Shown here: positions 45,096 through 54,640 of the stretch, piece by piece
Numbering within the stretch: position 1 is the first letter of the stretch
How the letters are laid out: every line of letters begins with the position of its first letter
Virus record (IMG/VR): IMGVR_UViG_3300009509_000001
Location: 96,001 to 160,000 of that record
Length of the DNA stretch: 64,000 bases
From: a virus
Strand: one strand, 5' to 3'
Made by a program: the position numbers and the translations under genes
The notes under the pieces: generated by a model
Databases searched by the model: none
What the model was told of the DNA's origin: nothing
What the model saw: only the letters and a program-made list of their open reading frames with translations

Positions 45096-45700
45096 AAGAG
45101 GAAGGGTTCCGTCTGTACCTGGCCGTTGGCCTGAGCCAGCAGCCGAACGAGCGTTCCGTGCTGTGCCGCCAGGTAGGCGGCGATCGCGTCGGCCGCATGT
45201 TCGAACCAACCTTCGTAGCCGGACAGGGACTTTACACTCTTGGACCTGGGCACCATAGTCAGGAGTTCCGGGAATTTCTTCAGACAGGTATGCTGCATTT
45301 CGATCTTCGAAGCCTTTCGGTCTCCGCACATCGCCAGCTTGCCTTCATCCTCGGTCGTCCATTCCGCCGGCAGCTGCAGGCCGTCGACCGCAAGGGCCAC
45401 GATCGCAGTTCCGAGCGCCATTCCAACGAGCGAATTCGCACCCTGTCCACCGCCACCCGGTATCTCCGCCACTACAGCGGAAACGTCGTTGTCGGCGATA
45501 ACCTGATAGAGCTCCCTGGACACCTTCTGGATGCGGTCGATCTTGTCGTCCGACGCGCGAAGGTGCTTTTTCCTCTTCTTTGTAGTGGCCTTGTTCTGGA
45601 TCGTTCCGATGGACACGAAGACCTGTCCGTCGGTGTATGGCTCGATCACAGCCCAGCCAATGTTTGCGAAGGCGACGTCAAGCGCCAGCAATTTCTTCAT
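45092..45700 (-). CDS. ruvC: RuvC-like Holliday junction resolvase
   Basis: LALDVAFANIGWAV, VVAE, ASK..M, EHAADAIA. Confidence 0.88.
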   Translation of the reverse strand: MKKLLALDVAFANIGWAVIEPYTDGQVFVSIGTIQNKATTKKRKKHLRASDDKIDRIQKVSRELYQVIADNDVSAVVAEIPGGGGQGANSLVGMALGTAIVALAVDGLQLPAEWTTEDEGKLAMCGDRKASKIEMQHTCLKKFPELLTMVPRSKSVKSLSGYEGWFEHAADAIAAYLAAQHGTLVRLLAQANGQVQTEPFLF

Positions 45701-45720
45701 GAGTCCTCCTGGTTATGCGA

Positions 45721-45749
45721 ACCATACACCGGGTCCGCGGGTTTGTAAA
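45721..45749 (-). promoter_or_regulatory. sigma70-type promoter TTTACA-N17-TATGGT for ruvC
   Basis: Upstream of SD AGGAGG and ATG 45700. Confidence 0.6.
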
Positions 45750-48700
45750 GCAATGTGGGGAAATAGGTACGACTAAACAGAGCCCTGGGTCAACGTGACA
45801 TTCATGTCACGATGACATCGCGTTGTGGCAGGCGCGCTTCGTGACGTTCATGTAACGGAGCGCGCCGCCGGCGGGAATGGGATGTAATTGGATCGATGTC
45901 GGCGCGGCGCCGACGAAGACTCGTACCTTCATGCGACTCAAAAACAATCCCCGATATGTTTTCGGGGACAGGGCAGCCAGGGCGGCTGGTCTCCAGCTCA
46001 CTGGCTGCCTTGAAGCCTCCTGTATCCCGAGGGACGTGGAGCCCATAGGCGTGGCGCCTATGTCGTCTCGCATGCACACGCGTAGCGCTAGAGTCAGTAG
46101 GCGCAAGCCTTCGACTCGGTTGATGGGTGTATTCCATTCATCCAGGCGGCGCGGCGCCGCCACGTACCGCTACATTCGGATGCTTGAATAGCCAGCCGGC
46201 GTCCTCCTGAGGGCGCAGACCGGGGGATGGACGCCGGCTGGGTTGCTGGCCGGCGTGATCATCTAGGCGATACAGGCGGTGCGCCTGCTAATGCCATCCG
46301 TTAAATTACCCGCTAAGAGTGAGGAGGGAATGCAACTGGAGTTATTGCCAGGCCGGGGGCATGGTGGTAAGTCCAGTTGGAAAGTGCGACAATGCGTGTC
46401 CGTAGGACTTGTCGTGCTTCCGACGAGCGATCGCGGGGCGCCGCAGGTGACGTACCAGCTGTAAGCTGGTGCGTTGCCCGTACTCTCCTCGTGTTATGAA
46501 AATGCCGGCGCATCGCCGGCGATCACCGGGTAGGAAAAATCAGAGTCACTAACCACAGTCAGTCCGCAAGCGCTGCGCGGACTGGCTGACTTCAAGCGAA
46601 GCGCAGCAAGTGCGCAAAGCCCACTGGGTTTTGCGCAGGCGTCTTCGTGGAATGCTGATGTCCTTTCGGACCATGGGCGATGCGCCCACTGCCACTGACT
46701 CTGGAAAACCACGCTTACACTTTTGCAAGCACAGCTCGAGCGGAGGGGAGGAGTGTTTTTGGATTTATCCGGCGAAGCCTGGTTGAATCCAAAAACTCGG
46801 GGGAGCGATGCTCGAGCTGTGTGAGTTGGTATACGGACCGACTCGCGACGTTGGCGGCGAATCGCCGCCCATGACCGTGGTTCGAACACTTAAACAAGGA
46901 AACGTAGCAGGCACCTGGGCTCTGCTACGTATCCGGCCGGTGGAGGGATGAACCCTTTCCGGGCTGACGGCGTTGCACCGTCCAACACTGTTCGTTACTA
47001 GGAGGAGGAGTCGAATTACTGCCCGAATTCGGCTCCGGAGGAATGGCGGTAGTGGTGCGGGCAGTCAAAGCCGCGTAGGGCCAGACTGGGCGAATGCCGT
47101 GCACCGTACCTATTGGCGGCGAATCGCCACCGCTCACTAACGACAATCAACTCTCATACACACGTGTCCGACTGCCCATCGTGGCAATCCGCTGCCGGCG
47201 CAGCGCCGGCCAGGCCAGTTGATCCTGTGTCATAACCGGTTCGGCGATTAAATCCTTGCCGGTTCTACGACGCCGCCGTCGGGTTGGGCGTCGGGGTTTG
47301 GTTGCGGTTTGGGCCGATCCACGTCGCTTGCCATTGAATGCAATGCTCGGGCGCGTGTCGTGCCTGGTTGACGCTGCACTTATACTGGTGAAGCTTGCTT
47401 CACCTGTAAGCTGGGCGTTCGTGCCCATGCTTGATCCAGACGATGCGCCTGAATGGACTGCAGCGTAGCGCGCTCTACACTAGCGAAATCCGGAACGCCT
47501 TCCGGATGAGTTACGGTATAGTCGCAATGAGGTACCCGGGCTCGCTTGCGAGCGGAAGTGGTACCTGAGCAGCGACTGAGGAATCATGCGAACATGTTCC
47601 CTGCCGGCGTTGCACCGGCGCCTTCTGTAGAACTTGTACTAACTGCTGCTGCAGGACAATCGGAGTGCAGCAGCAGTACGCCGGCGGTAAACCGGTACTG
47701 ATGGTACAGGCGGTGCGCCTGCGACTACTACAAGTATCGATACTAAATCAACGCGGGCGACCCTTAATCGGCGTACGCAGTGGAAGCCGACCTGGGGTCG
47801 CCCGCGGTCCGCCTTCGGCTTTCGCCTGACGGGCCTGCGGCGCAACGCCGCGATGGACTATCGAAATCGTGACACTGATCAGGATGTCGCCGAGGTAGAA
47901 GAGCATCGGCGACATCCGGACTCTTAACGTTGCAAACGTTAAGTACAACGAACGGATGACGCTCCGTCGACTGCAGGCGAAGCGCCTGCGAACACTGTCA
48001 CTGAAAGAGGCACAAAAACTCAGGAGGAGGAACTGAACGTCCCGACGGGCGGGGGGTTCCTCCTCGCTTAGCCTGCATGGTCCTGACGGACCGGTTGCCT
48101 GTGGGCGAAGCGCCCGCGAAGACTGCCTCTGGTGCGTGCACGGCACAAAAAGGTGCACCCGGGATGACGATCTCACGTATCTGCGTGATCAGGAATCCCG
48201 GGTGCGCTATACGAGTGCGGACACACGTATCAGCTGTAGGCGCAACACCTACTTCCGCTGCCGGCATAAATTACACTACTGGTGCTCGATGAAAGCGAGC
48301 GCGCGTGGACCTCTTTGACGCAGGCACGCAGGGCCAGTCGTCGAAGAGGGGAACTCTACAGGATCGTGCGGTCCCGCAGGTTTGGCGGCGATTCGCCGCC
48401 ACTTGCTGTAATCGATTGCTATGACCCAGACAGGCGTTCAGCCTGTCGCGGAGTCCTGACTGGCTTAGACTTCAGTCTTGGCCATCAGGATGGACCTTGA
48501 GGAATGCATATCGCCATAAGCGACCCCGGCGTGACGCCGGGTAATTCCAATCGTATACGAATCTGACCGCTCACTTTCAGCTCTCCCCAGATGACTCCGA
48601 GGCGAAGACATGGATGTGATCTGGGGAGATTGCCCCGAATGCATGCCATATCGTTCGTTGCAGGCGATGCGCCTGCGATGACCGGTCGTGTACACGGACC

Positions 48701-49600
48701 TCGATCGATGGAACGGAAGATCGAGGTGCTCCTCGTGCCGGTGGATTGTCGGTGGAAGCCGACAATGCTCAACCTGATGGCACGCGGTTTCGCACGTCAT
48801 GGCGCTTCGCCATGGGATGCTGTACATCTCACACAAACCCAGGGATCCCGTCGCGTTTACGAAGAAAGGGATCCCGGGCCATGACCTGGTAGGTTTCCTA
48901 CCAGGTCGATGGGCATGAATGCCCGAGGACTTTGAGGTTACAGGCGAAACGCCTGCGAGGACTGTGAGACGCGTTTCACTATCGCAGATCCGGCGGTGCC
49001 CGCCGGAGCAGCGCGGTGCACGGGGACCCTGGGAGCTGTGAAGCGCTACCTGGGTCCCCGTGCAGCCTCCTAGCCTGGAGGCCGGTTGGGACATTGGCGG
49101 CGAATCGCCGCCTTGTGCTGAAACACTTACGAAAATCGGGCCACGCCCGACGGCGGGGATGAGGCTGCCCGGGCATAAGCTTGCGTTGCCGGGCAGCCTC
49201 ATCTCTCTGACATCCGCTTGAAATTGGGCGGTAGCAGGCGAGGCGCCTGCGTGTACTGTTTCTGCAGAAACGTCGATCGCATTATAATCACGAGACGCAC
49301 GTGAGTGGGCGTGCGATCTCGTGATACGGTGGCTGCCGTCGGTCTCCTGTGAAGCGGGTGACCGACGGCAGCCATCTCCTGGAAAGCTACGTGACGTTGT
49401 CACGCTCGGCGCAGCGCCGAGTCGAGCCGATCGACCGGATGGAAAGGGCACTTGATAAATGGACAAATCTGACCGCACCGAGATGGTACCGGGTGGCCTT
49501 GACGGCGAGTCGCCGCCGCTAACTGCCCTGGGGCGATGCGCCCCTTTCGCGGTGATTACGCCGACCGGGGTTACCTGCCGGCGCACTGTCCGCTGCTACC
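45750..49600. repeat. ~3.85 kb non-coding region with dispersed palindromic repeats and long stems
   Basis: About 20 GGCG-N3-C(G/A)CC palindromes, 5 copies of TTGGCGGCGAWTCGCCGCC-like sites, and 11-15 bp perfect stems; ORFs here lack SDs and protein-like composition. Confidence 0.75.
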
Positions 49601-50212
49601 CTAGACGGGTAGTTCGGCGTCTAATTGCTTGAGGAACAGATCACGGACGACCCGCGCCTTGTTCTCAGGGATGTACGGGCTTTCATTGCCTTCGGGCGGG
49701 ACGCCGTACAGCTCGGCCAGTTCGTCGAGCTTGTACCGGTTGAGGCCGCGCATGGACTTCACCCGCTCCTGCAGATGCAGTATGCTGGTCGACTCCGACA
49801 GGCGGTCGTTCCAGTACCGGATCGTCTTGTGAAGGACGGCCGGGTCGACGAACGTGGCGTTGGTCGGCAGCAACTTCTGGTCGAGCAGCTTGTCGCGTAC
49901 GAACGTGAACGCCTGGTGGGCCACCAGACAGGTTATGCCGTGCGTCTCCATTATGGACTGCAGGGTCTCCGCGGCCATGTGGGGTTCGACGGCCAGCGAC
50001 GAGTAGACCGTGGCGGGAATGCCGTGGTACTGCTCGGTCTCCGACAGGTTGGCCCCGGCGACGAACACGCTGATGTCCGGTCCGTCGATGGGTTTGATGG
50101 CGATCATACCGACCTTTGCGTCGGGCTTGATGCCGTCGGTGGCCAGTGCTATTGCGGCGCTCGCTTCCGGGCGTACCCAGAATGGTCGAAGCGCGTCTCT
50201 AAGTGTAGTCAT
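49601..50212 (-). CDS. DnaQ/DEDD exonuclease-fold protein lacking catalytic acids (203 aa)
   Basis: IALATDG (ExoI D and E replaced by A), LVAHQAF, YKLDELAELYGV; start re-assigned to 50212. Confidence 0.6.
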   Translation of the reverse strand: MTTLRDALRPFWVRPEASAAIALATDGIKPDAKVGMIAIKPIDGPDISVFVAGANLSETEQYHGIPATVYSSLAVEPHMAAETLQSIMETHGITCLVAHQAFTFVRDKLLDQKLLPTNATFVDPAVLHKTIRYWNDRLSESTSILHLQERVKSMRGLNRYKLDELAELYGVPPEGNESPYIPENKARVVRDLFLKQLDAELPV

Positions 50213-50931
50213 TGCCTTACCTCGATGAAGTCGTCGCCGGCCAGAGCGTCCAGTGGAAGCCATTGGGCCGGCGGCAGTGTGTCTTTGTCGAACATGACCA
50301 GGCCGAGGCCGCAAACCATGTCGAACGGATACAGCCAGTGGTCGCCGTCGGCTATCGCGAACGCATTGCCCAGATTGCTGAAGTTGTCCTCCAGCGGCAA
50401 CGCGCGGCTATAGCCGTCAAGCGCCATAAGCTGCTTGGTCACCTCGCCGCGCATCCGCACGGTGAGATTCTCGGTGCTCTGCGCCCTTATGTAGAAGGCC
50501 GGATAGATCAGACTGTCCACCTCGACGGCGGTTTCGCAGCCCTGGCACAGCGTCTCGATCACGGCGTGGTCGCGCTTGTCGCCGGCCCGGATCGCATCCT
50601 TGCCGCGCTTCAGGCTTTTGATCAGGCCGGCCTTCGAGCCGTTCTCGCCGGGGCGCAGGCGCGTGGGCTCCACGAACATTCCGCGGCGCTTGCCGTTTCG
50701 TATCCGATAGAGCCCGTTTGCCGCGAAGCAGATCTTCTGATCGCCGATGCCGGACCGGATGACCGTTCCGGGCATCACCTGCACCTGATCCTTGGTTGCC
50801 ACCAGCAATCTGAGCATGCGCATGTTGACGTGGCCGGTATCCTCCCCGGTCACGTACCAATGAACGAGCGCGTGCCCGTCCCATTGTCGAAGCGTCCGTC
50901 TGGCTTGTTCAAGCCGAGCGGATCTAGTCAT
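50209..50931 (-). CDS. Hypothetical protein (240 aa)
   Basis: SD GAGGAG. Confidence 0.75.
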   Translation of the reverse strand: MTRSARLEQARRTLRQWDGHALVHWYVTGEDTGHVNMRMLRLLVATKDQVQVMPGTVIRSGIGDQKICFAANGLYRIRNGKRRGMFVEPTRLRPGENGSKAGLIKSLKRGKDAIRAGDKRDHAVIETLCQGCETAVEVDSLIYPAFYIRAQSTENLTVRMRGEVTKQLMALDGYSRALPLEDNFSNLGNAFAIADGDHWLYPFDMVCGLGLVMFDKDTLPPAQWLPLDALAGDDFIEVRQ

Positions 50932-51433
50932 TCGACTCCTCGGGAACGGCGGGCGGTTCCTGGTTGACGAACTCGGTAGTCACGTGGTTGTATGCCTGGA
51001 GGTGAGCACGTACTTCGGCGGCCAGGCCGGGCGGCAGAGAACTCAGCAGCATCAATGCGCCGATGTCCTTCTTCATTTCGCTGAGATCCAGCGGTCGATC
51101 GTCGTCCTGTACGCGCTCGGCCAGGATGTACCGCCAGATGACGCCGAGGCTCATGGTCCGGTGGAACTCGGCCACGAGCGACGGGTCCACCTCGCTCGTA
51201 TGCTCCTCGAACGACCGGGTGATCTGCTCGATCGTCTCGGCTTCGGCGCCGGTGACGATCTCGTTGATCATCCCGCTGAGGGCGGTTGCCAGCTTGTGCA
51301 ACTCCGGAATCCTGGTCGGATGCCGTTCACCCATCTGTTCAAGGATCAGGCGCACCACCGGTTTGAACCAGTTGAGCACGTCCCGGCGTGGCGCATAGAT
51401 GCCGCCGCCTTCCTTACGTTGGTATTGTATCAC
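50924..51433 (-). CDS. Hypothetical helical protein (169 aa)
   Basis: GTG after AAGGAG. Confidence 0.75.
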   Translation of the reverse strand: MIQYQRKEGGGIYAPRRDVLNWFKPVVRLILEQMGERHPTRIPELHKLATALSGMINEIVTGAEAETIEQITRSFEEHTSEVDPSLVAEFHRTMSLGVIWRYILAERVQDDDRPLDLSEMKKDIGALMLLSSLPPGLAAEVRAHLQAYNHVTTEFVNQEPPAVPEESND

Positions 51434-52080
51434 GGATTTCTCCTTCTATATATTTCACGGTTCTGTGTCTTCAGCGACGAGGGTGTGTCGATTTCCAGGA
51501 GCGCAAGGTTGCGTCCTTTCTGCGTACCCATCTTCGCCCAGGTATGCATGGTCACGCTGTCCGCCGGCTTGGGCCTGCTGTCACGCGGGCACCCGAGCAT
51601 CTTCGGAAAGTACGTAGCGTAACGCAGGCTTAAAATAACGTCGAGAACATGTCCGGCGGCCGGGCCGTTTATGGCCAGGACCTTGCAGACGTATCGCAAC
51701 GGTATTCCGGGTTTGCTCGGATCGAGCTTGTCCATTCCGACCACGCGCACGCACATCCAGATGTGCTGCGAGCCGTCCCACAGGGGCGGCAGATCGCCAT
51801 GCCGGAAAGCGGCGTCGTGCTCCACAAGGAACAGCGCCAGGCAGCGGCGGGCGATCGCGTTGAACTCCATGCCGTCCATCGGTATGATGGATTCGGCACG
51901 GGTTCTTACGTTTGCGCGGACCGGGTAACGGCGGCGGGCACACAGCTTCTCTAGGAGATCGACGCGGAGTGGCTCCGACATCGTCCGTCCAAGATACTCG
52001 TGGAACATGTGCTCGACCGCCTTCACCTTCTCGAGATGTTTGGACAGGCTGAATCCTTTCGGCGGCTCCAGCCAGATCAC
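51430..52080 (-). CDS. Hypothetical basic protein (216 aa)
   Basis: GTG after AAGGAAG. Confidence 0.75.
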   Translation of the reverse strand: MIWLEPPKGFSLSKHLEKVKAVEHMFHEYLGRTMSEPLRVDLLEKLCARRRYPVRANVRTRAESIIPMDGMEFNAIARRCLALFLVEHDAAFRHGDLPPLWDGSQHIWMCVRVVGMDKLDPSKPGIPLRYVCKVLAINGPAAGHVLDVILSLRYATYFPKMLGCPRDSRPKPADSVTMHTWAKMGTQKGRNLALLEIDTPSSLKTQNREIYRRRNP

Positions 52081-52856
52081 TACTCTTCCTTGAACTGGTC
52101 GGGCGCCATCTTCTTGATGGTGTCCACGATGTTCTCAAGGTACACGATCTGCTTCTGCAGCTTGACGCCGCAGCTGACGATGCGATCCTGGCTCAGCTCG
52201 TACAGCGTGTCGTCGCTGATGTCGCCGAGCTGGTCATACGCCGTGAGCGTGTCCTCCATCATGAGCATCTGTTCCTCGGAATGCCGCTGGAGCTTGCCGA
52301 AGTGCGTGCGGATGATGGCGGCCGCCACGTTGCTGGGGTCGCTGGCGTCCAGATTCTGACTGGCCTTCTGTTCCTCCATCGACGGTTCTTCGCCGTCGCT
52401 GAGATCAGACTGGTTCGTGTTGTCGTTCATCCGGTCTTCGTACGCCTTCTTGGCCTTGGCGATCTCTTCATATCCGATCTCGCCGCTGACCAGTTTGTCC
52501 TCCACGTAGGCCCGGGCGCCATCGTCCTGGATGCAGGCGAGGCGCGCAACGCTGCTGGCGGGGATGCCGGCGTTCAGGAAGCGTTCCTGGATGACTTCCC
52601 AGGGGTACGCCTTCTTCATCTTCACGCACTCGTAGACCCAGCTGCTCGTGCGTTTGATGCCCTTGGCGAACTCTTCCACGTTGGATTCGCCGTACGCTTT
52701 CTTCTCCATGATCTGCTCGGCGGTTTCGCCGACCTCCCACATGAGACGCGTAAGGCTGTGCATGGCCATGATGAAGCCCTGATTGAAGTAGGTTATGGCC
52801 TCGTCGATGGACTTCCACCTGGGTTCTTCGTTGACGACTGTGATTTCTTCACTCAT
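52080..52856 (-). CDS. DUF1016_N-like helical DNA-binding protein (258 aa)
   Basis: MWEVGETA..YGESNVEEFA..SWVYECVKM..AYPW; paralog of 35492-36136. Confidence 0.75.
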   Translation of the reverse strand: MSEEITVVNEEPRWKSIDEAITYFNQGFIMAMHSLTRLMWEVGETAEQIMEKKAYGESNVEEFAKGIKRTSSWVYECVKMKKAYPWEVIQERFLNAGIPASSVARLACIQDDGARAYVEDKLVSGEIGYEEIAKAKKAYEDRMNDNTNQSDLSDGEEPSMEEQKASQNLDASDPSNVAAAIIRTHFGKLQRHSEEQMLMMEDTLTAYDQLGDISDDTLYELSQDRIVSCGVKLQKQIVYLENIVDTIKKMAPDQFKEE

Positions 52857-53355
52857 CTCGATATTCCTCTACGAAATGTTCGATACGTATTATCTGCACG
52901 TGATTGACGCCGGCGCGCTTGGCCGGGATCAATATGCAGGGTTTCATTCTGTCCGGCGGAACCGTCAGGTTGTGGATCACCCACAGGCCGCTGCTGCGGA
53001 CCGGGATGACCCAGACTGCCTCCCCATACAGAACCATGTACTCGACGAATTTCTTCCAGAAGGGCTCGTCGAAAACCTTCTCGGCCAGCAGGTTGGCCTG
53101 CTTGACCGACGTCATCCCGCCGAGGACCAGCCCACGCGGGAGGAGCGGGCCGATGCCCGGGTCCTCCCTGACGTGCCGCATCAGGTCCTCGCCGTTGCAC
53201 ATCGTCCACACCCATTTGACTCGCTTGGATTCGTATCCGAACGCGGGTGCGAGCATGCGCAGGGCTTTGGCTATGAAGGCCCGTCGAACCGGCTCCTTCA
53301 CGCCCTCCTTCTGACGCTTGATGAAGTCCTCAGGACTGATCGGCTGATCCGTCAT
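52849..53355 (-). CDS. Hypothetical protein (168 aa)
   Basis: SD GAGGAGG. Confidence 0.75.
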   Translation of the reverse strand: MTDQPISPEDFIKRQKEGVKEPVRRAFIAKALRMLAPAFGYESKRVKWVWTMCNGEDLMRHVREDPGIGPLLPRGLVLGGMTSVKQANLLAEKVFDEPFWKKFVEYMVLYGEAVWVIPVRSSGLWVIHNLTVPPDRMKPCILIPAKRAGVNHVQIIRIEHFVEEYRDE

Positions 53356-54637
53356 TAGCGGCCTCCTCGTTTGCGGCTTCGTTCTCCTCCTCGGAAATCG
53401 ACTGGATGCCCGTAAGGTCGGTTCCGGCCTTTACCGCCCAGTCCATTATCGGCTTCTTGTCGGTTCCGTCGACCTGCGTCCACTCGACCTGATCGAACCG
53501 AAGGTTCTTGGTTATTCGCATGGCGCGTTTCAGGGCCTCGAACGTCTTCTTGTTCTCCGGCGTCCGAAGAATGTCGTAGACCTCCTGGGCCGTCGCCTTG
53601 TCGAAGCCGAGCTCCTTACAGCGGTAGTAGCCCTTGTTGCTCGAGTGCTCCTCCAGGTTAATGACCTCCTTCACGCCCGCCTTGTTCTCGAGCTTGTCGG
53701 ATGTCAGACAGTCACAGTCCGCCTTCGCCCAGTCGAAGAAGTAGTTGTGCACGTTCATGCCCATGGCTTCGTCGAAGCGTTGGTGGAAGTGGATGGTCGC
53801 CGCGCAACGCCGGCCGAGTATGCCGAGGTTGTTCTTGACCGTTTTGAAGTCCACATCTGCGTACGGGTTCAAGGCACCCTCGATCGGCGATTTGACGACC
53901 CTGCTTCGAGTCAGCACCGTGCTGTGGAAGCGCGGGGCTTCGCCGCCGAGCGTCGACTTTGCCTGGCCACCGCCGCCACCATAGCCTTCCTGCTGTTTGT
54001 TCTTCTCATGCTGGACGAAGAAGAGCAGCATCGGCCAGAAGCTCAGCTCCTCGACCATCTTCGCAAAGTACGGCGACAAGGCGTGGGCCTCGGCGCTGTA
54101 GCTCTTGGAATAATGGCCTTCCTTGCTGATCTTGTCACTGGTGGCCTCGCTGAGGACGCCGCGAAGCGAATCCCAGCAGATGCCGTACGGAAGGTGGCGT
54201 TGGACCGCCGTCTTCTTGTAGAAGTCCAGGGCATAAGTGATCATGTCCTGACCCTGCTCGAGCGACGTGGCGTTGTACTGCTGCATCGCGTTCAGATACT
54301 TGCCGATGATGCCCTCCATGAGGGTATCGCTGACTTTGCGCTCGGTCTCGACGAGGAGTCCGAGTCCGCCATACGACATTATGTTTCGAAGGAGCCAGAA
54401 GCATATGCTGCTTTTGAAGCTCTGCGTGGGGCCGCTGAAGCCATAGAACCGCCCGAACGGCAGGTTCTCCACGCAGAACATGTATTGCAGCGCGAGGCTC
54501 GGCAGAGGAACGCCAAATTGCCGGACCCAATGGTCCTTGGCCATGTAGCAATTCTCTCTGCCGAACTTCTTCTGAGCCCCAGCGAGCTGTATCGCCATGA
54601 AGTCGGCGGCACTTATAGGCTCTTTGGGTTCAGCCAT
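53330..54637 (-). CDS. uvsX: RecA/UvsX-like recombinase
   Basis: Walker A GPTQSFKS, LLVETE, Walker B CWDSL, TLGGEAPRFHS. Confidence 0.88.
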   Translation of the reverse strand: MAEPKEPISAADFMAIQLAGAQKKFGRENCYMAKDHWVRQFGVPLPSLALQYMFCVENLPFGRFYGFSGPTQSFKSSICFWLLRNIMSYGGLGLLVETERKVSDTLMEGIIGKYLNAMQQYNATSLEQGQDMITYALDFYKKTAVQRHLPYGICWDSLRGVLSEATSDKISKEGHYSKSYSAEAHALSPYFAKMVEELSFWPMLLFFVQHEKNKQQEGYGGGGGQAKSTLGGEAPRFHSTVLTRSRVVKSPIEGALNPYADVDFKTVKNNLGILGRRCAATIHFHQRFDEAMGMNVHNYFFDWAKADCDCLTSDKLENKAGVKEVINLEEHSSNKGYYRCKELGFDKATAQEVYDILRTPENKKTFEALKRAMRITKNLRFDQVEWTQVDGTDKKPIMDWAVKAGTDLTGIQSISEEENEAANEEAANDGSADQS

Positions 54638-54640
54638 TCA

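Noticed and set aside
46876-46889. GGTTCGAA T-loop-like tRNA signal
   Set aside because: Only a 3-bp stem; no acceptor, anticodon or D arm can be built. No tRNA was recognised in the window.
49391-49403. Exact match to the matS consensus GTGACRNYGTCAC
   Set aside because: Single copy in a palindrome-rich region; MatP acts through many sites and the host is unknown.
46853-49517. CRISPR array interpretation of the 17-bp repeats
   Set aside because: Repeats are too short, spacing is irregular at hundreds of bp, and no cas genes are in the window.
48465-49586. 373-aa minus-strand ORF and other ORFs in the 45.7-49.6 kb region
   Set aside because: S/R/G/P-rich translation with recurring GGDSPP produced by the DNA palindromes; no SD and no coupling to neighbours.
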